Below are positions 46,845 through 55,709 of a DNA stretch of 57,914 bases, piece by piece. Within the stretch, counting starts at the first letter, position 1; each line of letters begins with the position of its first letter. The DNA comes from Oscillospiraceae bacterium (GTDB lineage: Bacteria; Bacillota; Clostridia; Oscillospirales; Oscillospiraceae), in contig SVLU01000013.1 of assembly GCA_015067795.1 (NCBI GenBank), positions 1 through 57,914 of the forward strand, written 5' to 3'. The translations under genes were made by a program, and so were the position numbers. The notes under the pieces were generated by a model. That model had not been told where the DNA came from. It saw only the letters and a list, made by a program, of their open reading frames with translations, and did not search any database.

Positions 46845-47851
46845 CTCTGTTTTATGTAATTACATTTGCAGTTTCTCTGCTAATGCTTTTAGTATATTTT
46901 ATCATCGACAGAAAACGTGATATTTGGCTGCGGCTGCTTTTTATCTTCGTTGCCATCAGTAATGCAGGCTATCTTGCATTATCGCTATCACGTTCTCTTA
47001 CCGCCGCACTTTTGTCAAACGCGGTTGCATATCTGGGAAACGTTTTCCTGCCTTTTTTCCTGCTGATGATGGTCATTCAGCTTTCCTATGTTCGGTATTC
47101 CAAGCGGCTTCCCATTATCCTGATTGTTCTTAATACAGTCATGTTCCTGATTGCAACCAGCGGCGGCTACCTTCCGATTTACTATAAAGAGGTATCCTTT
47201 GAGATCGTTGAGGGTGTCGGACATTTAGTCAAGGTCTACGGACCGCTGCACTGCGTATATAAATATTATCTGTTTGGATATTTTATTGCTATTAGCACCG
47301 TTATTTGCTATACCGCAATCAAAAAGACAGCTGTTTCCACAAAGCACACTGCATTTCTGGCTATTGTTTTGCTGGGCAATATCGCACTGTGGCTGGTGGA
47401 AAATCTCACCGGCACAAAATATGAATTTCTCACAATTTCTTACCTCATGACAGAGGGACTTATCCTGCTACTTTATGGTATTTTACAGGACTATGAAGCT
47501 GCCGAACCCGCAAGCGACTCCAGCGACCTTGCCTATGCGGACGCGGACGAACATCTGACAGTCGAAATGGTACAGGAAGAACCTGTAGTATTTGTTGATA
47601 ATCAACAGGTCTTTTCCGATGAGCAGATCAAAAATCTGCTTGAAAACTGGAACGTAATTTACGCTCTGACACAAAGAGAAGCCGAAGTTTTGAAATTCAT
47701 TCTTGAAAAACGCAAACGCAAAGACATCGCCCAGGTGCTTTTCGTAACAGAGAGTACAATTAAAAAGCACACCTCCAACATTTACAAAAAAATCGGTGTC
47801 GCCAATCGTACGGAGCTTTTTGAAAAAGCAAATACATATCTTATGAAATAA
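46841..47851 (+). CDS. membrane protein (about 6 TM) with a C-terminal LuxR-type HTH
   Basis: ...LTQREAEVLKFILEKRKRKDIAQVLFVTESTIKKHTSNIYKKIGVANRTEL... The N-terminal 200 aa are hydrophobic. Its ATG overlaps the XRE stop (ATGA). Confidence 0.75.
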   Translation: MTLFYVITFAVSLLMLLVYFIIDRKRDIWLRLLFIFVAISNAGYLALSLSRSLTAALLSNAVAYLGNVFLPFFLLMMVIQLSYVRYSKRLPIILIVLNTVMFLIATSGGYLPIYYKEVSFEIVEGVGHLVKVYGPLHCVYKYYLFGYFIAISTVICYTAIKKTAVSTKHTAFLAIVLLGNIALWLVENLTGTKYEFLTISYLMTEGLILLLYGILQDYEAAEPASDSSDLAYADADEHLTVEMVQEEPVVFVDNQQVFSDEQIKNLLENWNVIYALTQREAEVLKFILEKRKRKDIAQVLFVTESTIKKHTSNIYKKIGVANRTELFEKANTYLMK

Positions 47852-47854
47852 AAA

Positions 47855-47892
47855 TAGAGCTAACTGATTGATTAAGTCAGTTAGCTCTTTAA
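47855..47892. terminator. bidirectional terminator
   Basis: agagctaactga...tcagttagctct. Confidence 0.65.
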
Positions 47893-47987
47893 TTATTGAT
47901 AGTGAAATTTTGTTGCCATTTCGTTGCCACGAATGGCTCAAATCCTTAAAAAGTCCGGTGATGACTGGGCTTTTTCGACCTGCGGGA

Positions 47988-48968
47988 TCACTCCCACTCA
48001 ATAGTGCCGATAGGCTTTGGAGTGATGTCCATAACCACGCGGTTGATGCCTTCCACCTCATGGGTGATACGGTCGGTAATATGGTGCAGGATTGGATATG
48101 GGATTTCTTCGATGGTAGCTGTCATAGCGTCCACAGTGTTTACTGCACGGAGGATAGCAGGCCAGCCTTCATAACGCTTGCCGTCGCGAACACCAACGCT
48201 CTTGAAATCAGGAACAGCGATGAAATACTGCCATACCTTTTCGGCAAGGCCGTTCTTGTCAAATTCTTCACGGAGAATTGCATCAGCTTCACGCAGTGCG
48301 TGGAGACGATCTCTTGTGATAGCACCGAGGCAGCGTACACCAAGACCGGGACCTGGGAATGGCTGACGGTATACCATGCCGTGCGGCAGGCCAAGAGCTT
48401 CACCAACGACACGAACCTCGTCCTTATACAGAAGCTTTACAGGCTCAACAAGCTGCATTTCCATTTCTTCAGGCAGACCGCCAACATTGTGGTGTGCCTT
48501 AACGCCATCGGACTCGATGATGTCAGGATAAATTGTACCCTGTGCAAGGAAGGAGATGCCCTCCAGCTTTGCGGACTCTTCATCAAATACCTTAATGAAT
48601 TCTTCGCCGATGATCTTACGCTTGCGTTCTGGTTCAGCTACGCCAGCCAGCTTGTCCAGGAAGCGGTCGGTTGCATCCACATAAATAAGGTTTGCGTCCA
48701 GTGCCTTACCGAAAACTTCGATAACCTGTTCACTTTCACCCTTACGCATAAGACCGTGGTTTACATGAACACAGACGAGCTGCTTACCAATAGCCTTAAT
48801 GAGCAGAGCTGCAACAACGGAAGAATCAACACCACCGGACAGAGCCAGCAGAACCTTCTTATCTCCTACCTGATTGCGTACAGCCTCTACCTGCTCGGCA
48901 ATAAAAGCCTGCGCCAGTTCATTATTAGTAATGCGTTCCATTGTTTCCGGACGTTTGTTGTTTTCCAT
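47988..48968 (-). CDS. guaA: GMP synthase, ATP-pyrophosphatase/synthetase subunit only (GuaA C-terminal half, like archaeal GuaAB subunit B); no glutamine amidotransferase domain is encoded here
   Basis: P-loop SGGVDSSV, plus the dimerisation domain. The start has a strong AGGGAGG ribosome-binding site, and upstream intergenic DNA leads directly to purF. Confidence 0.8.
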   Translation of the reverse strand: MENNKRPETMERITNNELAQAFIAEQVEAVRNQVGDKKVLLALSGGVDSSVVAALLIKAIGKQLVCVHVNHGLMRKGESEQVIEVFGKALDANLIYVDATDRFLDKLAGVAEPERKRKIIGEEFIKVFDEESAKLEGISFLAQGTIYPDIIESDGVKAHHNVGGLPEEMEMQLVEPVKLLYKDEVRVVGEALGLPHGMVYRQPFPGPGLGVRCLGAITRDRLHALREADAILREEFDKNGLAEKVWQYFIAVPDFKSVGVRDGKRYEGWPAILRAVNTVDAMTATIEEIPYPILHHITDRITHEVEGINRVVMDITPKPIGTIEWE

Positions 48969-49043
48969 TGTAATGCCTCCCTTAATTTCTATGTAAAAAT
49001 ATTAAACAATAATCAGATAATTATACGCTTCCCTGTGAAATTA

Positions 49044-50471
49044 TTATTCTTTTCCGTCCCAGCAGTAGGTGCAGAGCTTGCATTTGTCAATACCGATAGC
49101 CTCAACAGCACCCTCAAGAGACTGGAATTCAAGAGATGCGAAATTGAACTTATCACATATAGCCTGACGCATTCTCTTGCCGCGTTCCGTGGAAGCGTCA
49201 CTGTATTCATCAATATACTTAAGTCCTTCTTCACCCTCAAGTTCAACAATAGTCTTGCGTGTGATAAGCTCCATTGGGCTGGTTGCACGGGAGAAGTTGA
49301 GATATTTGCAGCTATACATAATAGGTGGACAAGCAGAACGCATATGAACAGACTTCGCACCATTGTCATACAGGAATTCTACTGTTTCCTTAAGCTGTGT
49401 GCCTCTAACGATGGAGTCGTCAACGAACAGCAGATTTTTGCCTTCGATGAGCTCGTGAATAGCTATCTGCTTCATCTTTGCAACCTTATTTCTATCCCTC
49501 TGGTTGGTAGGAGTGAAGCTTCTTGCCCATGTTGGGGTATATTTAATGAAAGGACGTGCAAACGGAATACCGCTTTCATTTGCGTAGCCAATAGCATGAG
49601 GTGTGCCGGAATCAGGAACACCGCTTACATAGTCAATATCCGCTGCAGTCTTACTCTCAGCATCAGCCTTTGCCAAAATGCCGCCATTGCGATAACGCAT
49701 GGTTTCGACATTTTTACCTTCATATGTGGAGTTTGGATAGCCGTAATAGGTCCAGAGGAATGCACAAATACGCATTTCTTTTCTTGGCGGAAGAATTTCA
49801 CTAATGCCGTCGGCTGTAATTTCAACTGTTTCGCCGGGGCCCAGCTCCTTTACGGTCTCATATCCCAGCTTCTGGAATGCGAAGGATTCAAAGGATACGC
49901 AATGACCGTCCTTGGACTTGCCGATGATAACAGGCAGACGACCATAGCGGTCGCGTGCCGCGATAATACCGCCGTCATCCTTGAGAATAAGGATGGATGC
50001 TGTACCGTCGATGGAGTCCTGTGCAAACCTGATACCATCTGCAAATGTACTCTTTCTGTTGATAAGCGCCGCAACAAGCTCAGCGGAATTGACCTTACCG
50101 CTTGTCATGGCATTGAATTGACCTGTACCGAAATCCAGATTGTGCTGGATAAGCTCTTCCGCATTATTGATAACGCCTATGATGCAAATTGCATAGGTGC
50201 CGAGATTGGAGCGCATCAGCAGTGGCTGTGGATCATAGTCGCTGATACAGCCGATTGCGGAATTACCGCTCATCTCGTCAGTAATTCTTTCAAACTTTGT
50301 TCTGAATGGAGAGTTCTGAATATTGTGGATGTCACGCTGTAAGCCAAGTCCTTCAGCGTCATAAGCAGCCATGCCGCCTCTTCTTGTGCCAAGGTGAGAA
50401 TGATAGTCTGTGCCGTAAAATACGTCGGAAACTGCATCTCGTTTACTTGCTATTCCGAAAAATCCGCCCAT
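49044..50471 (-). CDS. purF: amidophosphoribosyltransferase (PurF) with Gly in place of the N-terminal Cys nucleophile
   Basis: Starts MGGFFGI where the canonical sequence is MCG(I/V)(V/F)G. It has a PRTase domain and a C-terminal Cys cluster (CKLCTYC). A GGAGGA ribosome-binding site lies 5 nt upstream of the ATG. Confidence 0.8.
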   Translation of the reverse strand: MGGFFGIASKRDAVSDVFYGTDYHSHLGTRRGGMAAYDAEGLGLQRDIHNIQNSPFRTKFERITDEMSGNSAIGCISDYDPQPLLMRSNLGTYAICIIGVINNAEELIQHNLDFGTGQFNAMTSGKVNSAELVAALINRKSTFADGIRFAQDSIDGTASILILKDDGGIIAARDRYGRLPVIIGKSKDGHCVSFESFAFQKLGYETVKELGPGETVEITADGISEILPPRKEMRICAFLWTYYGYPNSTYEGKNVETMRYRNGGILAKADAESKTAADIDYVSGVPDSGTPHAIGYANESGIPFARPFIKYTPTWARSFTPTNQRDRNKVAKMKQIAIHELIEGKNLLFVDDSIVRGTQLKETVEFLYDNGAKSVHMRSACPPIMYSCKYLNFSRATSPMELITRKTIVELEGEEGLKYIDEYSDASTERGKRMRQAICDKFNFASLEFQSLEGAVEAIGIDKCKLCTYCWDGKE

Positions 50472-50659
50472 AGTTTTCCTCCATTATGTATCTGATAAAA
50501 AACTTTTTGCAAATACATTATACGCAAAGAGTGTCTGAATTTCAATGAATAGTCTTACCAAATTTATGGAATTATTTGATTTAAATTTTGTAGTTTTAAA
50601 GAAATGTTCTTTCGCTCAGTAACCAATCGTACAGCATAATAAATTTAACAAAAAATGTA

Positions 50660-50689
50660 TTGATATTCTGTGGGTTCTGATAGTATAAT
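50660..50689 (+). promoter_or_regulatory. promoter of uppP (TTGATA-18-TATAAT)
   Basis: TTGATAttctgtgggttctgatagTATAAT. Confidence 0.5.
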
Positions 50690-50721
50690 GTGTCAGAATG
50701 ATTTTTTATATGGAGATTTGT

Positions 50722-51549
50722 ATGGACATTATTGAAATAATCAAAGCCATAATTCTGGGCATCGTTGAGGGCATTACCGAATGGCTTCCAATCAGCAGCA
50801 CAGGACACATGATCCTTGTGGACGAATTTTTAAAGCTGAATGTCTCAGCGGAATTTTTGGAAATGTTCCTTGTTGTAATTCAGTTTGGTGCAATTTTAGC
50901 TGTTATCGTCACTTTCTGGAACAAGCTTTTTCCTTTCACCTTCAAGGGCGGGTTTGGAATTAAAAAAGAAACCTTTAATATGTGGTTCAAGGTCATTGCT
51001 GCCTGCTTGCCTGCCGCTGTTGTGGGACTCCTTTTCGATGACAAGCTGAATGAGCTGTTTTACAATTACCAGACAGTTGCAATTACCCTTATCGTTTTCG
51101 GTATCGCTTTTATTCTCATTGAAAACTACAACAAAAGCAAAACCCCTGTGATTAATGATATCCCTTCCATAACCTACAAAACCGCTCTTATCATCGGTCT
51201 TTTCCAGCTTATTGCCGCAATCTTCCCGGGCACTTCCCGCTCCGGTGCTACTATCCTTGGTGCACTTCTTATCGGTGTATCCAGAACTACTGCCGCTGAG
51301 TTTACATTCTTCCTTGCTGTTCCAACCATGCTGGGTGCAAGTCTTTTGAAGCTTGTGAAGTTCGGACTTGTCTTTACCGCACAGGAGGCTGTACTGCTTA
51401 TCACAGGCATGGCGGTTGCATTTGTGGTTTCCATGGTAACCATTAAATTCCTGATGGGATATATCAAGAAGCACGACTTCAAGTTCTTCGGCTGGTACAG
51501 AATTATACTGGGCTGTGTCGTTGTGGTGTATTTCCTGCTGGCTAATTAA
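50722..51549 (+). CDS. uppP: undecaprenyl-diphosphate phosphatase
   Basis: N-terminus ILGIVEGITEWLPISSTGHMIL. The central region PGTSRSGATILGALLIGVSR. These are the BacA/UppP motifs. Confidence 0.9.
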   Translation: MDIIEIIKAIILGIVEGITEWLPISSTGHMILVDEFLKLNVSAEFLEMFLVVIQFGAILAVIVTFWNKLFPFTFKGGFGIKKETFNMWFKVIAACLPAAVVGLLFDDKLNELFYNYQTVAITLIVFGIAFILIENYNKSKTPVINDIPSITYKTALIIGLFQLIAAIFPGTSRSGATILGALLIGVSRTTAAEFTFFLAVPTMLGASLLKLVKFGLVFTAQEAVLLITGMAVAFVVSMVTIKFLMGYIKKHDFKFFGWYRIILGCVVVVYFLLAN

Positions 51550-51635
51550 TTGACAACAGAAAAGAATGTTTCAAAATGGAGCTGTTGCAGAACTGCAGCA
51601 GCTTCTTTCTGTAATACTCAGTATATTATTCTATT

Positions 51636-51861
51636 TCGCCTACGCGGCGTGCGCCTACTTTCTGCCGAAAGAAAGTAGGCAAAGTTCGCAAAAGGGACAC
51701 CACTCCAGAAAAGTCGCGGTTTCCCTTTTGAATCCCTTCCCTAAACTTTTAAAACACGGTACTCTCTTACTGCCATTATAGCTAATAGAAGCAGACTTTA
51801 ATTGACTGTGCCTCACCATCGCTTGGACGCTCCATGCAGTGATTGTTTTGGTTTTCTGCCA
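51636..51861 (-). repeat. intergenic repeat element, copy B (shares both termini with copy A, in inverted orientation)
   Basis: The reverse complement begins tggcagaaaaccaaaacaatcactgca..agcgtccaagcgatggtgaggcacagtcaattaaagtctg and ends ctactttctttcggcagaaagtaggcgcacgccgcgtaggcga. Confidence 0.7.
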
Positions 51862-51918
51862 CTAATTTTATAATATAAAAGGAGATACTCTTATATTGAG
51901 CATCTCCTTTTTACTATA

Positions 51919-52563
51919 TTATTCGTCTTCGTAATCATCTTCTAAGTCGTCATCGTCATAGTATTCAACCGATGTCTCGTCTTCGTCATTATCATCATCT
52001 TCGTCATCATAGTCATCGTCTTCAGCCGTAAGCAGGGTAATATCCTTCAGAGCTTCTTCATAACCTTCCTCGTAAGCCTTCTGATACCATGCCAGTGCTG
52101 TGTCAAATTCCTCTAATATCGAGTAGATATTTCCAAGCTCATACATTGCTTTAGCTTCATCATACGTCTCAGCCGCTTCGGTATACCAATAGATAGCTCG
52201 TGGATAATCACTATCCAAATAAGGTGAGTTCTCATCTATCATCTCATCCATATAGCCCAGACCTAATTGATACATCTCGCCCAGTTTCATCTGAGACTTA
52301 AGATGATCCTGATTTGCTGCCTTTTCAAGCATCGCCAGGGCCTCTTTTTTGGTCAGAAGCTCGGTCTTGTGATCAAAGCAAAGCTCTGCAAGTTTATACT
52401 GACAGTCAGCATCATCCATATCGGCACCCTTCTTAAATTCTTCGGCAGCCCTTTCATAATTCTTAGATGCAATATAAGTTGAACCGGAATAATAATAATC
52501 AAACCCACAAGGCTGTTTCTCCGGCTCAGCTGCGGTTTTCTTAAAGCGATCAAAAATTCCCAT
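51919..52563 (-). CDS. Sel1/TPR-like repeat protein with a poly-acidic C-terminal tail
   Basis: Repeats of ...A...Y..A...G...A......G (Sel1-like), ending in about 45 Asp/Glu-rich residues. Confidence 0.6.
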   Translation of the reverse strand: MGIFDRFKKTAAEPEKQPCGFDYYYSGSTYIASKNYERAAEEFKKGADMDDADCQYKLAELCFDHKTELLTKKEALAMLEKAANQDHLKSQMKLGEMYQLGLGYMDEMIDENSPYLDSDYPRAIYWYTEAAETYDEAKAMYELGNIYSILEEFDTALAWYQKAYEEGYEEALKDITLLTAEDDDYDDEDDDNDEDETSVEYYDDDDLEDDYEDE

Positions 52564-52731
52564 TATTTCTTTCCCCTTTTATCTGTTATTGAAATGTATG
52601 CTTCATCCGGTTTGGTGATACAAATGATTTGAATGTATAATATCACAGCTCAAAGCATTTTACCATATTGTTTTTGATCAATCATACTAAAACTGCCCTT
52701 TTACCATAAAAAGAGCAGTTTATTAGGCGGA

Positions 52732-53047
52732 CTCACATAGGGATTTACACGGTTTTGAAGGAATCTTTTTCCTCAGGCAAACGACAACTAAATACAGCTT
52801 CGGCATATGGTGGCTATTTCCCGCTGGAAATGCGTTACATTTTCTTGAAATACACAAAGTATTTCCGCATCCTCCGGTCGCTCCTGTGAGAAAAAATCTT
52901 GCCTTCAAAACTGCAAAGCACTCCAAAATGAGAGATTTTTTCGCAAGACAATGAGAAAAGCCATGGTAAGGCTGACGCCTTCCATGGCTTTTTGAAGCAG
53001 TATTGTGGGAAAATATCCGTTTTGGAGCGTATAAATCCCTATGTGAG
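52732..53047. mobile_element. MITE-like element, copy C (316 bp) with 20-bp terminal inverted repeats, carrying the 66-bp core shared with copy A
   Basis: Terminal inverted repeats ctcacatagggatttacacg (52732-52751) and cgtataaatccctatgtgag (53028-53047). Core tggtggctatttcccgctggaaatgcgttacattttcttgaaatacacaaagtatt at 52799-52856. Confidence 0.6.
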
Positions 53048-53058
53048 GCCGCCTATAT

Positions 53059-53947
53059 TTATGCCTTTGGATGTGCCTTGTTGTATACATCTCTGAGTCT
53101 GTTATTTACCACCTGAACATACACCTGAGTGGAGGAAATGTCCGCATGACCCAGCATCTCCTGAATGGAGCGGAGGTCTGCACCGTTTTCCAACAGATGA
53201 GCAGCAAAGGAGTGTCTCAGAGTGTGAGGAGTGATATCCTTCTCTATTTTTGCCATCGCCTGATAGTGCTTCACTATTTTCCAGAAGCCCTGACGCGACA
53301 TACGCTCGCCGTTCATATTGACAAAAAGTGCCTGCTCGTCAGGATCGGCAACAAGCTGTTCACGAACACGGATGATATATTCACTCAGAATGACCACAGC
53401 CGCATGATACATTGGAACAATTCGCTCCTTGCCGCCGGAAACACTTCTACAGCGAACAACACCGGCATCTATATTAACGTCGATCATGTTCAAAGCCAAA
53501 AGCTCACTTACTCTCACACCGGTTGCGTAAAGCACCTCAAGCATCGCCTTGTCACGGCAGCCCTTAAGGTCGGCAACCTCCGGCTGTTCCAGAAGCAGCT
53601 CCACCTCCTTGCCGGTAAGAATGCTTGGCAGCTTCTTTTCAACACGCTCGGTGGTGATGCCGTTCATAGGTGATTTGGAAACAAAACCCTTAAGCATCAT
53701 ATAAGCGTAGAATCCCTTGAGAGTTGCAACACATCTGGAAACGGTAGCCTTTGACTTTCCCTTATCCTTAAGCGCCTTCAGATAGCTATTGACGGTCTTT
53801 TCAGTTACACCAATGATATTACGGCTGTCAAGCCAAGCTACAAACTGATTTAAATCACGGATATAGGATGCAACTGTATTGGCAGAGGAATGCTTTTCAT
53901 CTGTCAGATACTTCTTGTATTCACTTATGTATTCAGCATTAGACAAG
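53059..53947 (-). CDS. xerD: tyrosine recombinase XerD
   Basis: R..HTLRHSFA...LGH....T..Y motifs, with an N-terminal core-binding domain. The probable TTG start is preceded by a GGTGGGG ribosome-binding site. Synteny with spoIIM supports the call. Confidence 0.85.
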
Positions 53948-53965
53948 CAATTCCCCACCCTTCTT

Positions 53966-54589
53966 TTATATATATGACACGGCAAATCTGACCATACGCA
54001 CCGTAAGGTACGTATCAAAAACCGCCGCTGCAGTAAGCAGCCCGAAGCATATCAAACAGCTTACGAAGTATTTTATATTATAGAGGCTCAAGCTGCCCCG
54101 ACTGCCCGGCTTTACAACCATGTATGTCAGCATACAGGAGGCTCTGAAGGACTGTGCCGACAGTATAAGCAAACACGGAACTGTAATCAGCGTACTAACC
54201 GCAAACAGGCTCAAAGCCAGCAGAACACCATCACCGCCATATAGCCTGACCATCACGGAAACGGAAAAGGCCAGCGTATATCCCCTTATACCGGTCAGCA
54301 CAGGAATTCCAATCATTCCCGGCATTGAAAATCCCATAACAAAAACTGCCAAAGGATACCGCAAAGTATCGGCAAGCACCGAAAAAAATGACGGGTCAAT
54401 AAAAGAACCGTCCTGCTCAAGCGACAAATATTCGCTGAAATACTGAGTAAGAGCCGAACCGTCCTCAACAAATGCCGATGAAAAAGTACCGGCCACACAG
54501 CCACATAGAAACAACGCACCGCAGAGGATTAATCCCGGCATGCTGCTGATTTTATCGTCGGTAATAATAAAAGCAAATCTTCTGTTCAT
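53966..54589 (-). CDS. spoIIM: stage II sporulation protein M
   Basis: About 207 aa polytopic membrane protein immediately upstream of xerD, the conserved spoIIM-xerD arrangement. Hydrophobic profile and size match. Confidence 0.7.
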   Translation of the reverse strand: MNRRFAFIITDDKISSMPGLILCGALFLCGCVAGTFSSAFVEDGSALTQYFSEYLSLEQDGSFIDPSFFSVLADTLRYPLAVFVMGFSMPGMIGIPVLTGIRGYTLAFSVSVMVRLYGGDGVLLALSLFAVSTLITVPCLLILSAQSFRASCMLTYMVVKPGSRGSLSLYNIKYFVSCLICFGLLTAAAVFDTYLTVRMVRFAVSYI

Positions 54590-54881
54590 TCAAGTCACCC
54601 ATTACATCTTATGAGCATGACCATCCATTATTACCGGGAAGTATAATATAATATATTTTCGAGAAAATATCAAGGAAAATTACTCTATTTTATTATTTTT
54701 GTCAATTATGCCAAAAAATTATGTAAACTATATTATGTCAATTACTGTCGTTTGCAATTTGAATTTAAGTGCAAAATTTCAATTATCTATATTTTGCGCC
54801 CCTTTTGAGTTAATCGCACTATATGTCGAAAACCGCTTCATAATTATGTAAACATATCAGATAAATTTCAAATTTTTGATG

Positions 54882-55292
54882 TTACTTCTTGTGTCTTTTT
54901 CGCTTTTTCCCTGCCATCAAACCGCCGAAAAAGCTTCCCAACAGCAGAAATATCAGCACATTGACGGCGGTGCTGTTCAGCATCAGGGCATTATCATTGA
55001 ACAGCACAAGTATCATTCTCACGCCAAACAGCATTAATCCCACAATCAATCCGGTCAGCACATAGTTTCCTCTGTTTTGTTTTCCCGCAAGAAGTCCTCC
55101 GAAAACTCCGCCAAAAAGTGCCGCAATGGGTATAATAACCTCACTAAAGCTTTCAGGCACCTTCTCACCCGATATCAAAAGTGAACCGAGAAACAGCATC
55201 AGCGTTATTACAATTACTCCAAGGGCAATTCCTGCTCCCAAGGGCTTTATCCCTATCCCAACAGCTTTCTTTCGGTTTTCAGTTTTAGTCAT
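54882..55292 (-). CDS. small membrane protein (TIGR04086/YrzE-like), Gly-rich TM helices
   Basis: 136 aa with four predicted TM helices and a KKRKRHKK tail. Confidence 0.5.
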   Translation of the reverse strand: MTKTENRKKAVGIGIKPLGAGIALGVIVITLMLFLGSLLISGEKVPESFSEVIIPIAALFGGVFGGLLAGKQNRGNYVLTGLIVGLMLFGVRMILVLFNDNALMLNSTAVNVLIFLLLGSFFGGLMAGKKRKRHKK

Positions 55293-55358
55293 AAAAAATA
55301 CCCTCCCATAAACTGCTTTATACAGCTTATTATGGGAAGGTATCTAAAATTCCTGTAA

Positions 55359-55658
55359 TTAGTTTGTTTCTTCTGCAGCCTTGCCGATGCTGCCAACAGC
55401 CCAGCGAGCCAGCTGGATACGAACTCTGTCTTCACCTGTTTCGATAACGATGAGTTCCTTATCAACATCAACGATTGTACCAACAATGCCGCCGATAGTG
55501 GTAATTGTATCACCAATCTTCAGGGAATCACGCATTTCCTGCTGCTGCTTTTTTCTCTTCTTCTCAGGACGGAAGAGAAGAAAATACATAATAGCAATAA
55601 TAACTACAAAATAAATTAATGTGCCCATCATACCATCCATGGATATAAATTCCTCCAA
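55359..55658 (-). CDS. yajC: preprotein translocase subunit YajC
   Basis: Single N-terminal TM. ...FRPEKKRKKQQQEMRDSLKIGDTITTIGGIVGTIVDVD... is the YajC signature. Confidence 0.9.
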   Translation of the reverse strand: MEEFISMDGMMGTLIYFVVIIAIMYFLLFRPEKKRKKQQQEMRDSLKIGDTITTIGGIVGTIVDVDKELIVIETGEDRVRIQLARWAVGSIGKAAEETN

Positions 55659-55709
55659 AAAAATAAATAATATGGTTATTATACTACAATTCGCAGAAAT
55701 TGCAAGTAT

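Noticed and set aside
47868-50342. An 824-aa ORF on the plus strand.
   Set aside because: It lies entirely antisense to guaA and purF, which have unambiguous homology, motifs and ribosome-binding sites. It has no start-site context, and its composition is what an antisense frame of a coding region produces (Cys/Phe/Leu-rich with no domains). It is an antisense-frame artefact.
21870-51861. The 29.6-kb segment bounded by the inverted repeat copies A and B could look like a composite transposon or invertible region.
   Set aside because: The interior consists of core housekeeping operons (aspS-gatCAB, V-ATPase, guaA, purF, uppP), with no transposase, integrase or cargo-like genes. The copies are better explained as members of a dispersed small-repeat family. 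Homologous recombination between them could still invert the segment, but nothing in the sequence shows that has happened.
51919-52000. Low-complexity GA(A/T)GA-type DNA at the 3' end of the Sel1 gene.
   Set aside because: It encodes the poly-Asp/Glu tail of the protein in frame. It is not an independent microsatellite feature.
53966-54018. Apparent 53-bp overlap between the xerD and spoIIM ORFs.
   Set aside because: The overlap is an artefact of ORF extension upstream of the true xerD start. A TTG start with a GGTGGGG ribosome-binding site at 53947 gives a canonical XerD N-terminus (LSNAEYISEY...) and removes the overlap.
54590-54881. AT-rich 290-bp region upstream of spoIIM, with two copies of AATTATGTAAAC and a TGTCGAA (Spo0A-box-like) heptamer.
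   Set aside because: These are short motifs in very AT-rich DNA. I could not place a convincing sigma-E -35/-10 pair relative to the spoIIM start. Without spacing evidence this is not claimable.
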